Assembly (NCBI GenBank): GCA_965223795.1
Contig: CBDCXL010000002.1
Span: forward strand, 800,001 to 864,000
Length of the DNA stretch: 64,000 nucleotides
Direction of reading: 5' to 3'
Source of the DNA: Nitrospinales bacterium
GTDB lineage: Bacteria > Nitrospinota > Nitrospinia > Nitrospinales > VA-1
The notes under the pieces were generated by a model. It was not told the origin of the DNA and made no database searches. It worked only from the letters and a program-made list of their open reading frames with translations. Each line of letters begins with the position of its first letter. Position 1 is the stretch's first letter. The translations under genes were made by a program, and so were the position numbers. Below, one piece after another: positions 9,321 to 18,872 of the stretch.

Positions 9321-10205
9321 TCAGGCCACGCCGTGGTAAAGGCGGGTGACGTAGTGGGAAGCGATCAGCTCATCGTGGCTGGGGAACCACATGTCCGTCG
9401 AGGCGGTGCTGAAGGCCTTGTCGGCGAAGCGTTTGTCGACGCCGGCGTGGATCATGTAGGCTTTGTCGATCTGATCGACCGCATTGAGCTGCCCTTCGGA
9501 CGCGCCGTTGAAGCTGGATTTGTGAAAGCCCAGCCCGGCTTCTTTGTAGAGGATGCGCTCGCTGCCGGCGAGAAACACGATCGTGCAGGCGCTCATGCAG
9601 CCTTCGGCGGAGAATGTCTTGAAATGGTTCTGTTTGATGAAATTCCGGAGCAGGCGCGCTTCCCGCACGCGGCCGCCGGGACTGTCCAGGCTGATGATGG
9701 TGATGCCCGGATGGCGGGCGACGATTTCGCGCACTTTTTCCGTCAACCCGAAGGCAATGCCGCCGGAGATGTTGAGCTCCCGGCCGGAACGGCGCAGGGT
9801 GAGCCGGGGCATGGCGTCGTCCCCGGTGGCCAGCGCGATGCCGGTGAACTCCTGGGCGCGGGAAAATGTGGACGGCGTCTGTACCGCCGCCAGCACTAAA
9901 GTCACGGCCACCGCGGCTTTCACCAGGCCCGCGGAAACGGGTTTCTCCATCCTGTGTGCGTGCGCGGAGCGCCAGGCGCCGGTCAGCTGCCAGGTCAGGA
10001 GAACGGGCAGCGATGCGTATACGAGTAAAAACGCGAAAAAGGACAGCCTCATGTTCGCGTCGTACATCCAGGTGATGGTCTCGATGGCGGACAGGGCCCC
10101 CCAAATCAGGGCGTCCAGCAGCAGGACGTGGACGAACAGGCTGGTGCCCAGGCTCAATTCCCCTCTCCAGTGGCGGATCATCGAAGGTGTCGCGAACGGA
10201 TTCAT
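9321..10205 (-). CDS. membrane protein with C-terminal Clp-protease-like (COG3904-type) domain
   Basis: N-terminal HWRGELSL plus 3 TM helices. C-terminal LDSPGG, CMSACTIVFLAG and LGFH motifs. GAAAAAGGAAGG upstream of ATG 10205. Confidence 0.75.
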   Translation of the reverse strand: MNPFATPSMIRHWRGELSLGTSLFVHVLLLDALIWGALSAIETITWMYDANMRLSFFAFLLVYASLPVLLTWQLTGAWRSAHAHRMEKPVSAGLVKAAVAVTLVLAAVQTPSTFSRAQEFTGIALATGDDAMPRLTLRRSGRELNISGGIAFGLTEKVREIVARHPGITIISLDSPGGRVREARLLRNFIKQNHFKTFSAEGCMSACTIVFLAGSERILYKEAGLGFHKSSFNGASEGQLNAVDQIDKAYMIHAGVDKRFADKAFSTASTDMWFPSHDELIASHYVTRLYHGVA

Positions 10206-10258
10206 GGTTTGCCTTCCTTTTTCGTGTTGCGTTGGCATTGACTTCCGTTTGCTTAAGT

Positions 10259-10274
10259 TGCAGACGCTGTGCCA
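10259..10274 (-). promoter_or_regulatory. putative sigma54 (-24/-12) promoter for 9321..10205
   Basis: Minus strand reads TGGCACAGCGTCTGCA (TGGCAC-N5-YTGCA). Confidence 0.6.
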
Positions 10275-10692
10275 AATCGCCAGAAAACCATGAATGCTTT
10301 TATTTCAACAGGATACCGGAGGACTGGATGTGGGTGGGCGGTTTACCGGGCGCACGGTCCACGCACGCGTTCATGCGTTTGTGCATTGGAGAGGAATGTG
10401 GAGCCGGAGAGGATTCGCCCTTAAAATCATGCGGGCGGAGAGGACGGCTGTCCGGGCGCGTTTGAGGAAGACATCCGATATTTTCTACCGGAAGGCGGAG
10501 TTTGGAAGCAGTTTGGAGGCGAACGCAGCCTTCTCCTGGTTTAGGGCGCTGACCGCAAGCGCACGAAAAGCGCTGCTGCATTTAGAGCGCAGGAGGAACA
10601 TCGAACCGGAGTCCGGTGATCGGCGCTTTTCGCCGCCGGACTGGCCGCGGTGTGCCGGGGAATTCAACACCGCAAATGCGAAGACGGGGGCG

Positions 10693-11106
10693 TCAATCGC
10701 ATTGGCTCATTTCCATGCAGTAATTGTAATGCTCGGACTTGGTCGCGTCGCAATCTTCCATATCGGTCCACATCGGTGATTGCAGCCGTTTGCACCGCTT
10801 GTACATGTTCTCTTCGTATTTCCTGCAGTGAATGTCCGCCATCTTGCAACGATCCGCCTCCGACATATCCGTCTTTCCCTTCAAAGGCACCTCGGGGGTC
10901 ACAACAGGGATCGAGGGAATGTACATCGAACCCTCCGTGCCCTCATCGCCGATCACCAGACGGAATTGCGGTGAACTGGTGCCGCCGATCACAACCTCGC
11001 CTTGATTCCCCGAATCGAATCCCATGCTGGGGGACACAAACAGGAAAGACAACGCGCAGGCAAACCAAAGGTATCGAATCTTTTTGAAATAAAATGCGCA
11101 ACTCAT
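10693..11106 (-). CDS. secreted Cys-rich hypothetical protein
   Basis: AAAGGAAAGG SD, hydrophobic N-terminus, six Cys in the last ~52 aa. Confidence 0.6.
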   Translation of the reverse strand: MSCAFYFKKIRYLWFACALSFLFVSPSMGFDSGNQGEVVIGGTSSPQFRLVIGDEGTEGSMYIPSIPVVTPEVPLKGKTDMSEADRCKMADIHCRKYEENMYKRCKRLQSPMWTDMEDCDATKSEHYNYCMEMSQCD

Positions 11107-11205
11107 GATGCATCCTTTCCTTTAATGAGGTGGCCGCAGGGGGCATTCCAGTCTGTCTTTCGATTTGCGTATCTTATCAGATTTTGTCCGTCTTTGCCGC
11201 TCAAT

Positions 11206-11237
11206 GCCCGCAACTCCCTGCATGCGCGGGCTTTTTT
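11206..11237 (+). terminator. intrinsic terminator-like hairpin with U-tract
   Basis: GCCCGC...GCGGGC followed by TTTTTT. Confidence 0.35.
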
Positions 11238-11729
11238 CTTCGGAAACGTTTCCAGCCCCCTCTGCTCCGGGCAACGGTTCAACGAAAAAGTTAAATCTTT
11301 TCAATGATTTTTTGAGCAGCCGGGTTGAACTGGAATTGACGTCGGATTGACGGGAGGCGGTGCCCTCCTCATCGAACCCGCTGGCATCGGTTGGTGGAAT
11401 GAAGTGCCCCGGAACTTTCGGAATCTGAGTGGGCCTTCCAACACTTCTTCGCCAAACCCGCACGCGAGCGGCGAAAGATCGGAACCCGGGCGGACCGGCC
11501 GCATATTGCATCCGACACAATGCGCCGTTACGGCAGGCAATTTTTTCAAAACCCGCTCCTATCTTCAGCTCTCAATAAAAAATCAACGAGGATGGTTGCA
11601 AGTTTACAACGAATCCGCGTTCGGTCTGCGCAACGACCCTTGTTGTCCCGGCAAATCAGCAAATGTCGAAACGGCTCTTTCATTTCGCAGCCATTGTGGA
11701 ATATTGGGAGAAACGTGACTTGAATGAAC

Positions 11730-11766
11730 GCATGGTTGGATGCATGGACCCTGCATCCAACCATGC
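11730..11766. promoter_or_regulatory. perfect 15-bp inverted repeat, candidate enhancer/operator
   Basis: GCATGGTTGGATGCA-tggaccc-TGCATCCAACCATGC, about 90 bp upstream of a sigma54 motif. Confidence 0.6.
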
Positions 11767-11852
11767 ACGGGAAGACGTTTTGCATCTTGCACTGCGTGAC
11801 CCTCTTTCGCGCAAATGTCCAAAATCAGAACAAACACTTTTTTGTTTGGCGT

Positions 11853-11868
11853 TGGCATCGATGTTGCT
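11853..11868 (+). promoter_or_regulatory. putative sigma54 (-24/-12) promoter for 11935..12336
   Basis: TGGCATCGATGTTGCT has the GG-N10-GC spacing and TTGC. Confidence 0.65.
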
Positions 11869-11934
11869 CTTTTAAGAATTATTACCGGATGAAAAATTTA
11901 TGTCGAACCGATCACGTACAAAAGGAGACGAACC

Positions 11935-12336
11935 ATGAAACGAACCGTGTGTTGCTGGGTCCTGATGGCCGCCGTTGCGGGATTGATTCTTTCTGAGGGT
12001 TGGATTGGCAATGAAGCGTTCGCTCAATATGCGAAAACACAGCCCGCTCCGGCTCCGGTAACGGAAAACGGGTATTTCACAAAAGAGAGGCCCGATCTCC
12101 CCGCGAACCATCCCTACCGGCAGACGCAACAGCCTTATATGGGAGCAAACCAGATGCCGATGGGCGGCCTGCCCGCACAGCAGGGACCGAATTTCGGCAT
12201 TTTCTATAGAGCGCAGGAGGGCGCCCGCACCAGTTTTGCGGAGGAACAGGCGCGCGAGCAGCAGGAGCGGGAAGAAAAGCTTCAGGACATCCGTCTTAAA
12301 CGGTGCCAGCAGGGGCAGCAGGAGTTTTGTTTTTAA
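11935..12336 (+). CDS. secreted hypothetical protein
   Basis: AAAGGAG SD, signal peptide ending EAFA-Q, Pro/Gln-rich middle, C-terminal RCQQGQQEFCF. Confidence 0.75.
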   Translation: MKRTVCCWVLMAAVAGLILSEGWIGNEAFAQYAKTQPAPAPVTENGYFTKERPDLPANHPYRQTQQPYMGANQMPMGGLPAQQGPNFGIFYRAQEGARTSFAEEQAREQQEREEKLQDIRLKRCQQGQQEFCF

Positions 12337-12497
12337 TGCTCTAATTTAGAATTGAAGCCGCTGGCTGGATGGCACGCCTGAGTCACACTCGAACCGGGTT
12401 GGACTCCTGTCCGCAGCGTTCTGCGTTGATGGCATTGCTTGAACAAGCAATGGGAGTATTATTTTTTGTATGTATCATTTTTTGAGAGGGACGAAAC

Positions 12498-12947
12498 ATG
12501 AATTTAAAATATTGGATGCAGTTCAGTTTGCTCGCTGTTTTTCTGTCCGGCTGCGTGTCGTCCGCCGGATATCAAAGGCATCTGGATAACTGGGAAGGAA
12601 AAGACCTCGATCAACTTGTGAGCACCTGGGGCTATCCCGCGACTTCCTACCGCACGGCGCGGGGGAACCTGGTGTATGAGTACCGGGAACTCGCCCTGTC
12701 CTCAAGCCGGCAAAACGCAACGGGGTCGCATATCGATCACTGCACCACGAGAGTGATCTCCAACCGGTCGCGCAGGATCATCGGACTGGAAGGCAGCGGC
12801 AACGATTGCGGCACCTGCGATTATCTGCTTTGCCATATCAATCCGTTCAGCCTGTTGTACGTGTTGGGAGATCCTCAGGGCGACTTTCCCCACTCCAGCC
12901 GCACCGAAACATACCGGACCTCATTCCGGGAAGGGAGCCGCTACTGA
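12498..12947 (+). CDS. putative lipoprotein
   Basis: Lipobox FLSG-C, GAGGG SD, WEGKDLDQLVSTWGYP motif. Confidence 0.75.
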   Translation: MNLKYWMQFSLLAVFLSGCVSSAGYQRHLDNWEGKDLDQLVSTWGYPATSYRTARGNLVYEYRELALSSSRQNATGSHIDHCTTRVISNRSRRIIGLEGSGNDCGTCDYLLCHINPFSLLYVLGDPQGDFPHSSRTETYRTSFREGSRY

Positions 12948-13420
12948 CGAAAACTTCCTTCTTTTAGGACCGGAACGCTCCAGCTTGACAGGCGCGGATT
13001 CCCCCTCCCGCCTTCCTCACTTTCCGCCGTCGGGTCCGACAGGCGGTTTCCCGCCTGAATCCATTTTCCTCAACGCCGTTTACCGGCAATGTCTCCGGTT
13101 GGCCGCCCCGCTTTCCATATAACTTAAAACTGACTCAAGTATCGAACCCTGTCATTGCAAAAACAGTTTATCCAGATTTGCAGCTTTCACGTATTGGATG
13201 CATAAAACGCATCCGGAAAGGCTTTCCGGCAGCGTGGCGTGACCCGAAAACCGCAGCCTGAAAACGATTTAATTTTCAAACGCATGCGAATCCACTCCGG
13301 GCTAACCGTTTGTAATTGCTTTGCTTCTTTCCAACCGGTTGCTATTTTCCGCTTAGCCCCCTAAATTAAAGCACTTATTCGCTATTGCCGTGATCTGTTC
13401 CGTTCGCATGGTTCGTCTGT

Positions 13421-15622
13421 ATGAAAACCCGAATACACATCGGGATTCTGATTCTGTTCGTCTGTTCAATCAGGTTTCTGCTTTCCGTTTCTCCAGCACG
13501 GGGCAACGATTCTGAAATTTTTGAGCTGGAGCTGGTCGAACTGATGGATCAGGAAGTGGTGACTCCTTCCAAAACTGCGCAGAAAATTTCCGAAGCCCCC
13601 GGAAATGTGATCGTGGTGAACAAACAGCAGATTCGCGAGAGAGGCTACTTCAATCTCGTGGATCTGCTGGAAGACCTTCCCAGTGTGGATGTGCAGCGCC
13701 AATCGAGAGCGGAGACCTTCAACCGGATATCCATTCGGGGGAATCAGGGCAATTTCAAGTTCATCATTCTATTGAACGGATTCCGGATCAGCGGCCCCAC
13801 CGGTGAGAATATCGGGATCGATCACAACTACGCCCTGTTTCACGCCGAACGTGTGGAAGTGATCTACGGCCCGGTGTCGGCGCTGTATGGAAGGGACGCG
13901 TTTACGGGTGTCATCAATATCATCACTAAAAAAGCCGAGGCCGTGGACGGTGCCGAAATCGCCTCCTCTCTGGGCACCGATGATTTTTTTCACAGCTATC
14001 TCAATTTCGGCAAGGCGCTGACGGATAAAATCGATCTTTCTTTTGGCGGTCACTGGCACACGTCCGAAAATCCGGACCTGTCCGATGCGTATCCGGACCG
14101 CTACCAGGGATTTCAGGCCGATCTTGTCGACTCCGGCGGCACGGTGTTCCGGTCGGGTGCGGATCGCAACGATGTTTTTTTCGGGGAAACCGGGAGCTAC
14201 AGCGCCTATTTGAACCTGGAAATCCTGAAAAAATTCAATGTGGGCTACTTCCGCAATTTTCTGAGCAACCCTAGCACCACAAACGCCAATCCCGCACAGG
14301 CCCTGTTCACCGAAGAGTCCCAGTTCAAGACGCTGATCGAGTCCTACCACGGGAAATACGAATACGAAATCAGCCCCCGGCTTTCGGGCATCTCCTCGAT
14401 AGACTACTCCTATTATGAGCTGCTCCCCTCAAGCAGATTCACCAATGTGTTTGCGGGATTCGGGCAGAACAACGGCTTCAAGTATGCGGAAGGCGAGAGG
14501 CTGAACATCCATCAGCAATTGAATTTCAAGGTGAACGAAACCCATCAACTGGTGGGAGGGATTCTGTTTCAAAACTTCGACCGCCTGCCCCGCACCGCGG
14601 ACCTGCCTGCGGAGTTCGATCCGGACAAAGACCCCGAGGATCAAGGGCTGCTGTATCCGAACACCACGCTGCCGATCCAGTTCTTCCCGGACAGCTTTCA
14701 GAACTACGGCGCCTACATCCAGGCCCAATCGAAATGGAACGACTGGTTTTCGACGACCCTCGGCACGCGATTCGATTACGATTCCCGGTTCGGGGAGACG
14801 GTCAATCCGCGCGCCAGTTTCATTTTCAAGCCGCAAAAAAACACAATTTTTGAAATTTTATACAGTGAAGCGTTTCTCGCGCCGTCCCCGAGGGCGTTCA
14901 ACCACTTCGGCAGCTTCGACGGCACGGTCAACGGCGACGGCCTGTTCGTGAGCAATTTCTTTTTCATTCCCAATCCCGATCTCAAACCGGAAAAATCCCG
15001 CACGGTGGAACTGGACCTCACCCACAACGTGACACAAAATTTCATCGTTTCCGTTTCGGGTTTTTACACCAAGATCGATGATTTCGTGGAAACGGTCAAT
15101 CTCGGCACGCCTTCCTTAGCCATTCCGGGTGCGATCATTTTGAACCCCAGCCGGTTTGAAAACTCCGCGGACGCCATCATTTTCGGCGGAGACGTGCGCG
15201 TGGATTATAAAACCAGGCTGGATCCGTTCGACCTCAAGCTGTGGGCGAACTACTCGTGGGTGGATGGCAGGATCAATTCCGGCGACGGCGGCACCAATCC
15301 CATCAAGCAGGCGGCCCCCAACAAAGTCAAAGCCGGGCTGACGCTCAGCTATCGGGGGAAATACTATGTCACCCCGAGGTTCATCTGGGTGGACAAAACC
15401 GTGATCGAAGAATCCACCGTCGCGGAAAAAACGGATCCCTATGCGGTGGTGCACCTGCATGCGGGGGTCAACAATCTGTACAAGAACCTGTCGGCTTTTC
15501 TGGACATCCGCAATCTCATGGACATCCGGTATTTCAATACGGGAAGGATCAACCGGTCGGACTTTGAAGAATCGCCGCAGGATCCCAGGCGCATCGTCTT
15601 AGGCTTGAGATACAAATTTTAA
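13421..15622 (+). CDS. TonB-dependent receptor
   Basis: Signal peptide, plug motifs (ELMDQEVVTPSK, ERVEVIYGPVSALYG, GVINIIT), C-terminal LGLRYKF. Confidence 0.93.
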   Translation: MKTRIHIGILILFVCSIRFLLSVSPARGNDSEIFELELVELMDQEVVTPSKTAQKISEAPGNVIVVNKQQIRERGYFNLVDLLEDLPSVDVQRQSRAETFNRISIRGNQGNFKFIILLNGFRISGPTGENIGIDHNYALFHAERVEVIYGPVSALYGRDAFTGVINIITKKAEAVDGAEIASSLGTDDFFHSYLNFGKALTDKIDLSFGGHWHTSENPDLSDAYPDRYQGFQADLVDSGGTVFRSGADRNDVFFGETGSYSAYLNLEILKKFNVGYFRNFLSNPSTTNANPAQALFTEESQFKTLIESYHGKYEYEISPRLSGISSIDYSYYELLPSSRFTNVFAGFGQNNGFKYAEGERLNIHQQLNFKVNETHQLVGGILFQNFDRLPRTADLPAEFDPDKDPEDQGLLYPNTTLPIQFFPDSFQNYGAYIQAQSKWNDWFSTTLGTRFDYDSRFGETVNPRASFIFKPQKNTIFEILYSEAFLAPSPRAFNHFGSFDGTVNGDGLFVSNFFFIPNPDLKPEKSRTVELDLTHNVTQNFIVSVSGFYTKIDDFVETVNLGTPSLAIPGAIILNPSRFENSADAIIFGGDVRVDYKTRLDPFDLKLWANYSWVDGRINSGDGGTNPIKQAAPNKVKAGLTLSYRGKYYVTPRFIWVDKTVIEESTVAEKTDPYAVVHLHAGVNNLYKNLSAFLDIRNLMDIRYFNTGRINRSDFEESPQDPRRIVLGLRYKF

Positions 15623-15668
15623 TCCGGCCGCGCCCAGGCATGGCAAGCCGCATTGCATGCGTTTCGGC

Positions 15669-15703
15669 AAAAAGAAAGGGCCGATCCATGCGGACCGGCC
15701 CTT
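15669..15703 (-). terminator. rho-independent terminator downstream of tRNA-Ala
   Basis: AAGGGCCG/CGGCCCTT stem extended by tcc/gga, with a U-rich tail on the minus strand. Confidence 0.7.
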
Positions 15704-15713
15704 CTATGAAGAA

Positions 15714-15786
<73 letters not shown>

Positions 15787-15969
15787 AAAAATTGTAAATT
15801 CAATTATTTATGCATTTACGGACCCGATCATCTTACCAAAATCGGTGGATTTTTGCATGTTAAATTTTACCGGACGCGGCTCCGGATACGCAGCGCAATT
15901 TTCTTTGCGGATTTGCCGTTCTGCACCGCTGGATCGGTCTGGTGCAATGCGGGGCGATCTATTTATTCT

Positions 15970-17028
15970 CTATCTTAAGTGCCGGGATAAAAACATCCCC
16001 AGTTCACCGTAGGACTGCTTGAGTTCCAGGCCGTACTCCCCGTGCGAAACGCCTTCGTAGACGTTGAGCTCGGCTGCCACTCCGGCGCGCCGCATTTTCC
16101 GGTGCGTCCGCGCCACGTCGCTCAGGAACAGGTCGCGCGTGCCGGTGATGAGGTAGGTCGGCGGGAATCCCGTGAAATCGCCGTACACCGGCGAGATCAG
16201 CGGGTGCTTCAAGTCGCGGCCACCGGCGTAAAGTTTCGCCGCTCCGGCCAGGATTCCGTCGTAGGTCACGAGCACGCGGTCGATGCCTTCGTTGGTGAAC
16301 AGGCTGTCTCCGGTTTTGCTGAGGTCGGCCCAGGGCGTCCCGGCGAACAACGCGGCCGGAAGTTCAAGTCCCAGCTCGATGAACCTGTGGACGGACGCCA
16401 GCGCCAGCCCGCCGCCGGCAGACGAGCCGCCCAGCGCCAGGGACGCGGCGGGCCGTTCCTCAAGCAGGCTACGGTAGACGCGCACCACATCCTGCAACGC
16501 AGCGGGAAAAGGATGCTCGGGCGGCATGCGGTAATCGATCGACATCACGGGGAGGTCCGCCCCGTCGGCGATGAGCATGGCTTCGCGCAGGCCCGCGCCG
16601 CCGCCGTAAAACACGTAGGCGCCTCCATGCAAATGCAGGAACAGGCGGCCGCGGTTGCGCGGCGGGACGTTCTGCGGCGTCACCCGCCACACCGGCACGC
16701 CGGCAACGGTGCTGCGATCCACCGTTCCGGAAAACCGCCGGGCGAAGTCCTGTGCCGCTTTTTGGGCCCTGGCGTTTTCGGCGGCGATGACGGCGTGCCA
16801 CGCTTTCTCGTTCCTCGGCGCATAGCGGCGCGCCGCCGCGATGTCGGGCGCGGACGCCTTGAGGAGCGCAGTGCGCACCCGCTCTGCCGCGCCAACGGGG
16901 ACCGGCACGGTGCGTTCGCTCAGAACCCAGGATGGCTCCTGCATACGCTGCTGATTGAGGACGGCGGCGGAGCTGAAAAGCACGTAAAAAACCGCCCCGG
17001 CGCAAACTGCGATACGCTTCTGATTCAT
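15970..17028 (-). CDS. alpha/beta hydrolase (HSL-family esterase/lipase)
   Basis: HGGAY oxyanion motif, GSSAGG nucleophile elbow, DYRMPPEHPFP, GVSHG. Confidence 0.92.
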   Translation of the reverse strand: MNQKRIAVCAGAVFYVLFSSAAVLNQQRMQEPSWVLSERTVPVPVGAAERVRTALLKASAPDIAAARRYAPRNEKAWHAVIAAENARAQKAAQDFARRFSGTVDRSTVAGVPVWRVTPQNVPPRNRGRLFLHLHGGAYVFYGGGAGLREAMLIADGADLPVMSIDYRMPPEHPFPAALQDVVRVYRSLLEERPAASLALGGSSAGGGLALASVHRFIELGLELPAALFAGTPWADLSKTGDSLFTNEGIDRVLVTYDGILAGAAKLYAGGRDLKHPLISPVYGDFTGFPPTYLITGTRDLFLSDVARTHRKMRRAGVAAELNVYEGVSHGEYGLELKQSYGELGMFLSRHLR

Positions 17029-17353
17029 GGGAAGCCTCACCAGGACAGGGTTGGCGACCGGCTGGAAAACCCTGCCCCCGGCGCGTGCAGCGCGGGGAAT
17101 CGCGGTGTAAACCGCATCAGGATGGGTTGGGCCTGCTGGCTTCTGCGGCGACGCAGCATTCGCGCAGGCTCCGTAAGCGTTTTAATCTTAACGATTTTAC
17201 GCTTTCTGTCAAGCCGGTCCGCAAGCACCGGCACCGCCAATCCTCTTTTTCTCTCAGCTAAATCGTTATATAATAAAAGTATTCAATACTCCGGCGCAGG
17301 CCTCCGGACCGTCGATCCCTTTCATTGCAGCGTCTGTCATTCACGAAATTTCC

Positions 17354-18028
17354 ATGCCCGTTTTCAGCCGAATCAAACGCCGTTTGCGCAATATCTTCAT
17401 CACCGGACTGCTGATCACCCTGCCGATCGCGATCACTTTTTTCATTCTGAAGTTTCTGTTCAAAAACCTCGACGCCCTGTCTCCGGTTTTCACCAATCTG
17501 TTGATCCGCGCCGGCGCCCCGATCCCGGAAGGCTACCGCATTCCCTTTCTTGGCGTGGCCATGACGTTTTTCATCATCCTGCTGGTCGGCATGTTCACCA
17601 CCAGTTTTTTCGGCAAGCGGCTGGTCCGTCTGGGCGAAAAGATCGTCGAGCGCATTCCGTTCGTGCGGCAGATTTACAAAGGCACCAAGCAGGTGGTCAC
17701 CTCGTTCGCCAACGCCGACACGTCTTCCTTCAAAAAGGTGGTGCTGATCGAATTTCCCCGCAGAGGCGTTCACGCCCTCGGCTTCGTCACCGGGGAAACC
17801 CGCGGCGAGGTGCAGCAACACACGGCGGACAACGTGATCAACGTGTTCGTTCCCACCACGCCCAACCCCACTTCCGGCTTTCTGGTGTTCGCCCCGAAGG
17901 ACGAAGTGCGCGAGATTTCCATGTCCATCGAGGACGGCGTGAAGTACGTCATCTCCGGCGGCATCGTGGATACCCAGGTGGCCGTGGAAACCCCGCCGCT
18001 GATCAACGCCCGGGAAATCAAGGTGTGA
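17354..18028 (+). CDS. DUF502 domain membrane protein
   Basis: FITGLLITLP, ERIPFVRQIY, VVLIEFPR, FVPTTPNPTSGF. Confidence 0.92.
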   Translation: MPVFSRIKRRLRNIFITGLLITLPIAITFFILKFLFKNLDALSPVFTNLLIRAGAPIPEGYRIPFLGVAMTFFIILLVGMFTTSFFGKRLVRLGEKIVERIPFVRQIYKGTKQVVTSFANADTSSFKKVVLIEFPRRGVHALGFVTGETRGEVQQHTADNVINVFVPTTPNPTSGFLVFAPKDEVREISMSIEDGVKYVISGGIVDTQVAVETPPLINAREIKV

Positions 18029-18702
18029 CCCCGCCGCCTCTTAGAATTCTCTTCCAGGACAATCATTGCATCGCGGTCTACAAACCTCCCGGCCTGCTGA
18101 CCCAGTCCGATCAGAGCCGCGAGCCCTCGCTGCTGGAGCAGGTGCGCGACTGGATCAAATCCGAGCACGGCAAGCCGGGGAACGTTTACCTGGGAATGGT
18201 GCACCGGCTGGACCGGCCGGTGGCGGGAGCGGTGCTGTTCGCGAAAACCTCAAAGGCGGCGTCGCGCCTGTCCGAACAGATCCGCGAGCGCAAGGCGGGC
18301 AAGTTCTACCGCGCCGTCGTCGAAGGCACGCCCGATCCGCCCGCTTCGGAACTCGTCCACTACCTCTGCAAGCAGCGCTCGCTCAAGGCGACGGTGTTCC
18401 CGCGCGAAGCGCCGGACGCCAAACGCGCCGAACTGTCCTACCGCGTGCTGGAATCGGCGGGCGGCCGAAGCGAACTGGAAATCCTGCTCAAGACCGGCCG
18501 GTTTCATCAGATCCGCGCGCAGCTCGGGTTCATCGGCCATCCCGTCGTCGGCGATGTGAAATACGGTGCCCAAGACCCGCTGCCGGAGGGGCGCATCGCG
18601 CTGTACGCGCAGAAGCTGATCTTCCGGCACCCGGTGACGAAGGAGAACCTCACCATCGAGTCGCCGCCCCCGCCCGAATGGGCGGAGTACCTCCGCGGGT
18701 GA
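18025..18702 (+). CDS. RluA-family pseudouridine synthase
   Basis: KPPGL, VHRLDRPVAG catalytic motif, TGRFHQIR, GHPVVGD. The GTG start overlaps the DUF502 stop. Confidence 0.92.
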   Translation: MTPPPLRILFQDNHCIAVYKPPGLLTQSDQSREPSLLEQVRDWIKSEHGKPGNVYLGMVHRLDRPVAGAVLFAKTSKAASRLSEQIRERKAGKFYRAVVEGTPDPPASELVHYLCKQRSLKATVFPREAPDAKRAELSYRVLESAGGRSELEILLKTGRFHQIRAQLGFIGHPVVGDVKYGAQDPLPEGRIALYAQKLIFRHPVTKENLTIESPPPPEWAEYLRG

Positions 18703-18872
18703 TTTTGAAAAAGAGAATTAGACAGGATGAACAGGATAAAGGCGGAAAAGTCGTCTCGCGCAGTACTTTCTTGGCGCTACCGTGAAAAATGAAAAAAGTC
18801 GAAAACGGAAAAAAGATCTACTGCTCATGGGGAAGACAAAGTAAATTAATATCCCTTTTTTGATTATTTTTT

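Noticed and set aside
11160..11205. GGCAAA...ACGCAAA on the minus strand resembling a c-di-GMP-I riboswitch
   Set aside because: The intervening P2 stem with a GNRA loop cannot be formed and the spacing is wrong.
12381..12410. CTCGAACC tRNA T-loop-like sequence as a possible att remnant
   Set aside because: The flanks do not match the tRNA-Ala 3' end and no cloverleaf forms.
12948..13420. Possible cobalamin or other riboswitch, or Fur box, ahead of the TonB receptor
   Set aside because: No B12-box (GCCACTG/GGGAAG, GCAACTGT) or convincing GATAATGATAATCATTATC-like site seen by eye.
18721..18737. GACAGGATGAACAGGAT short tandem motif at the left edge of the insert
   Set aside because: Only two 7-nt cores with no complementary partner nearby, too little to call a repeat element.
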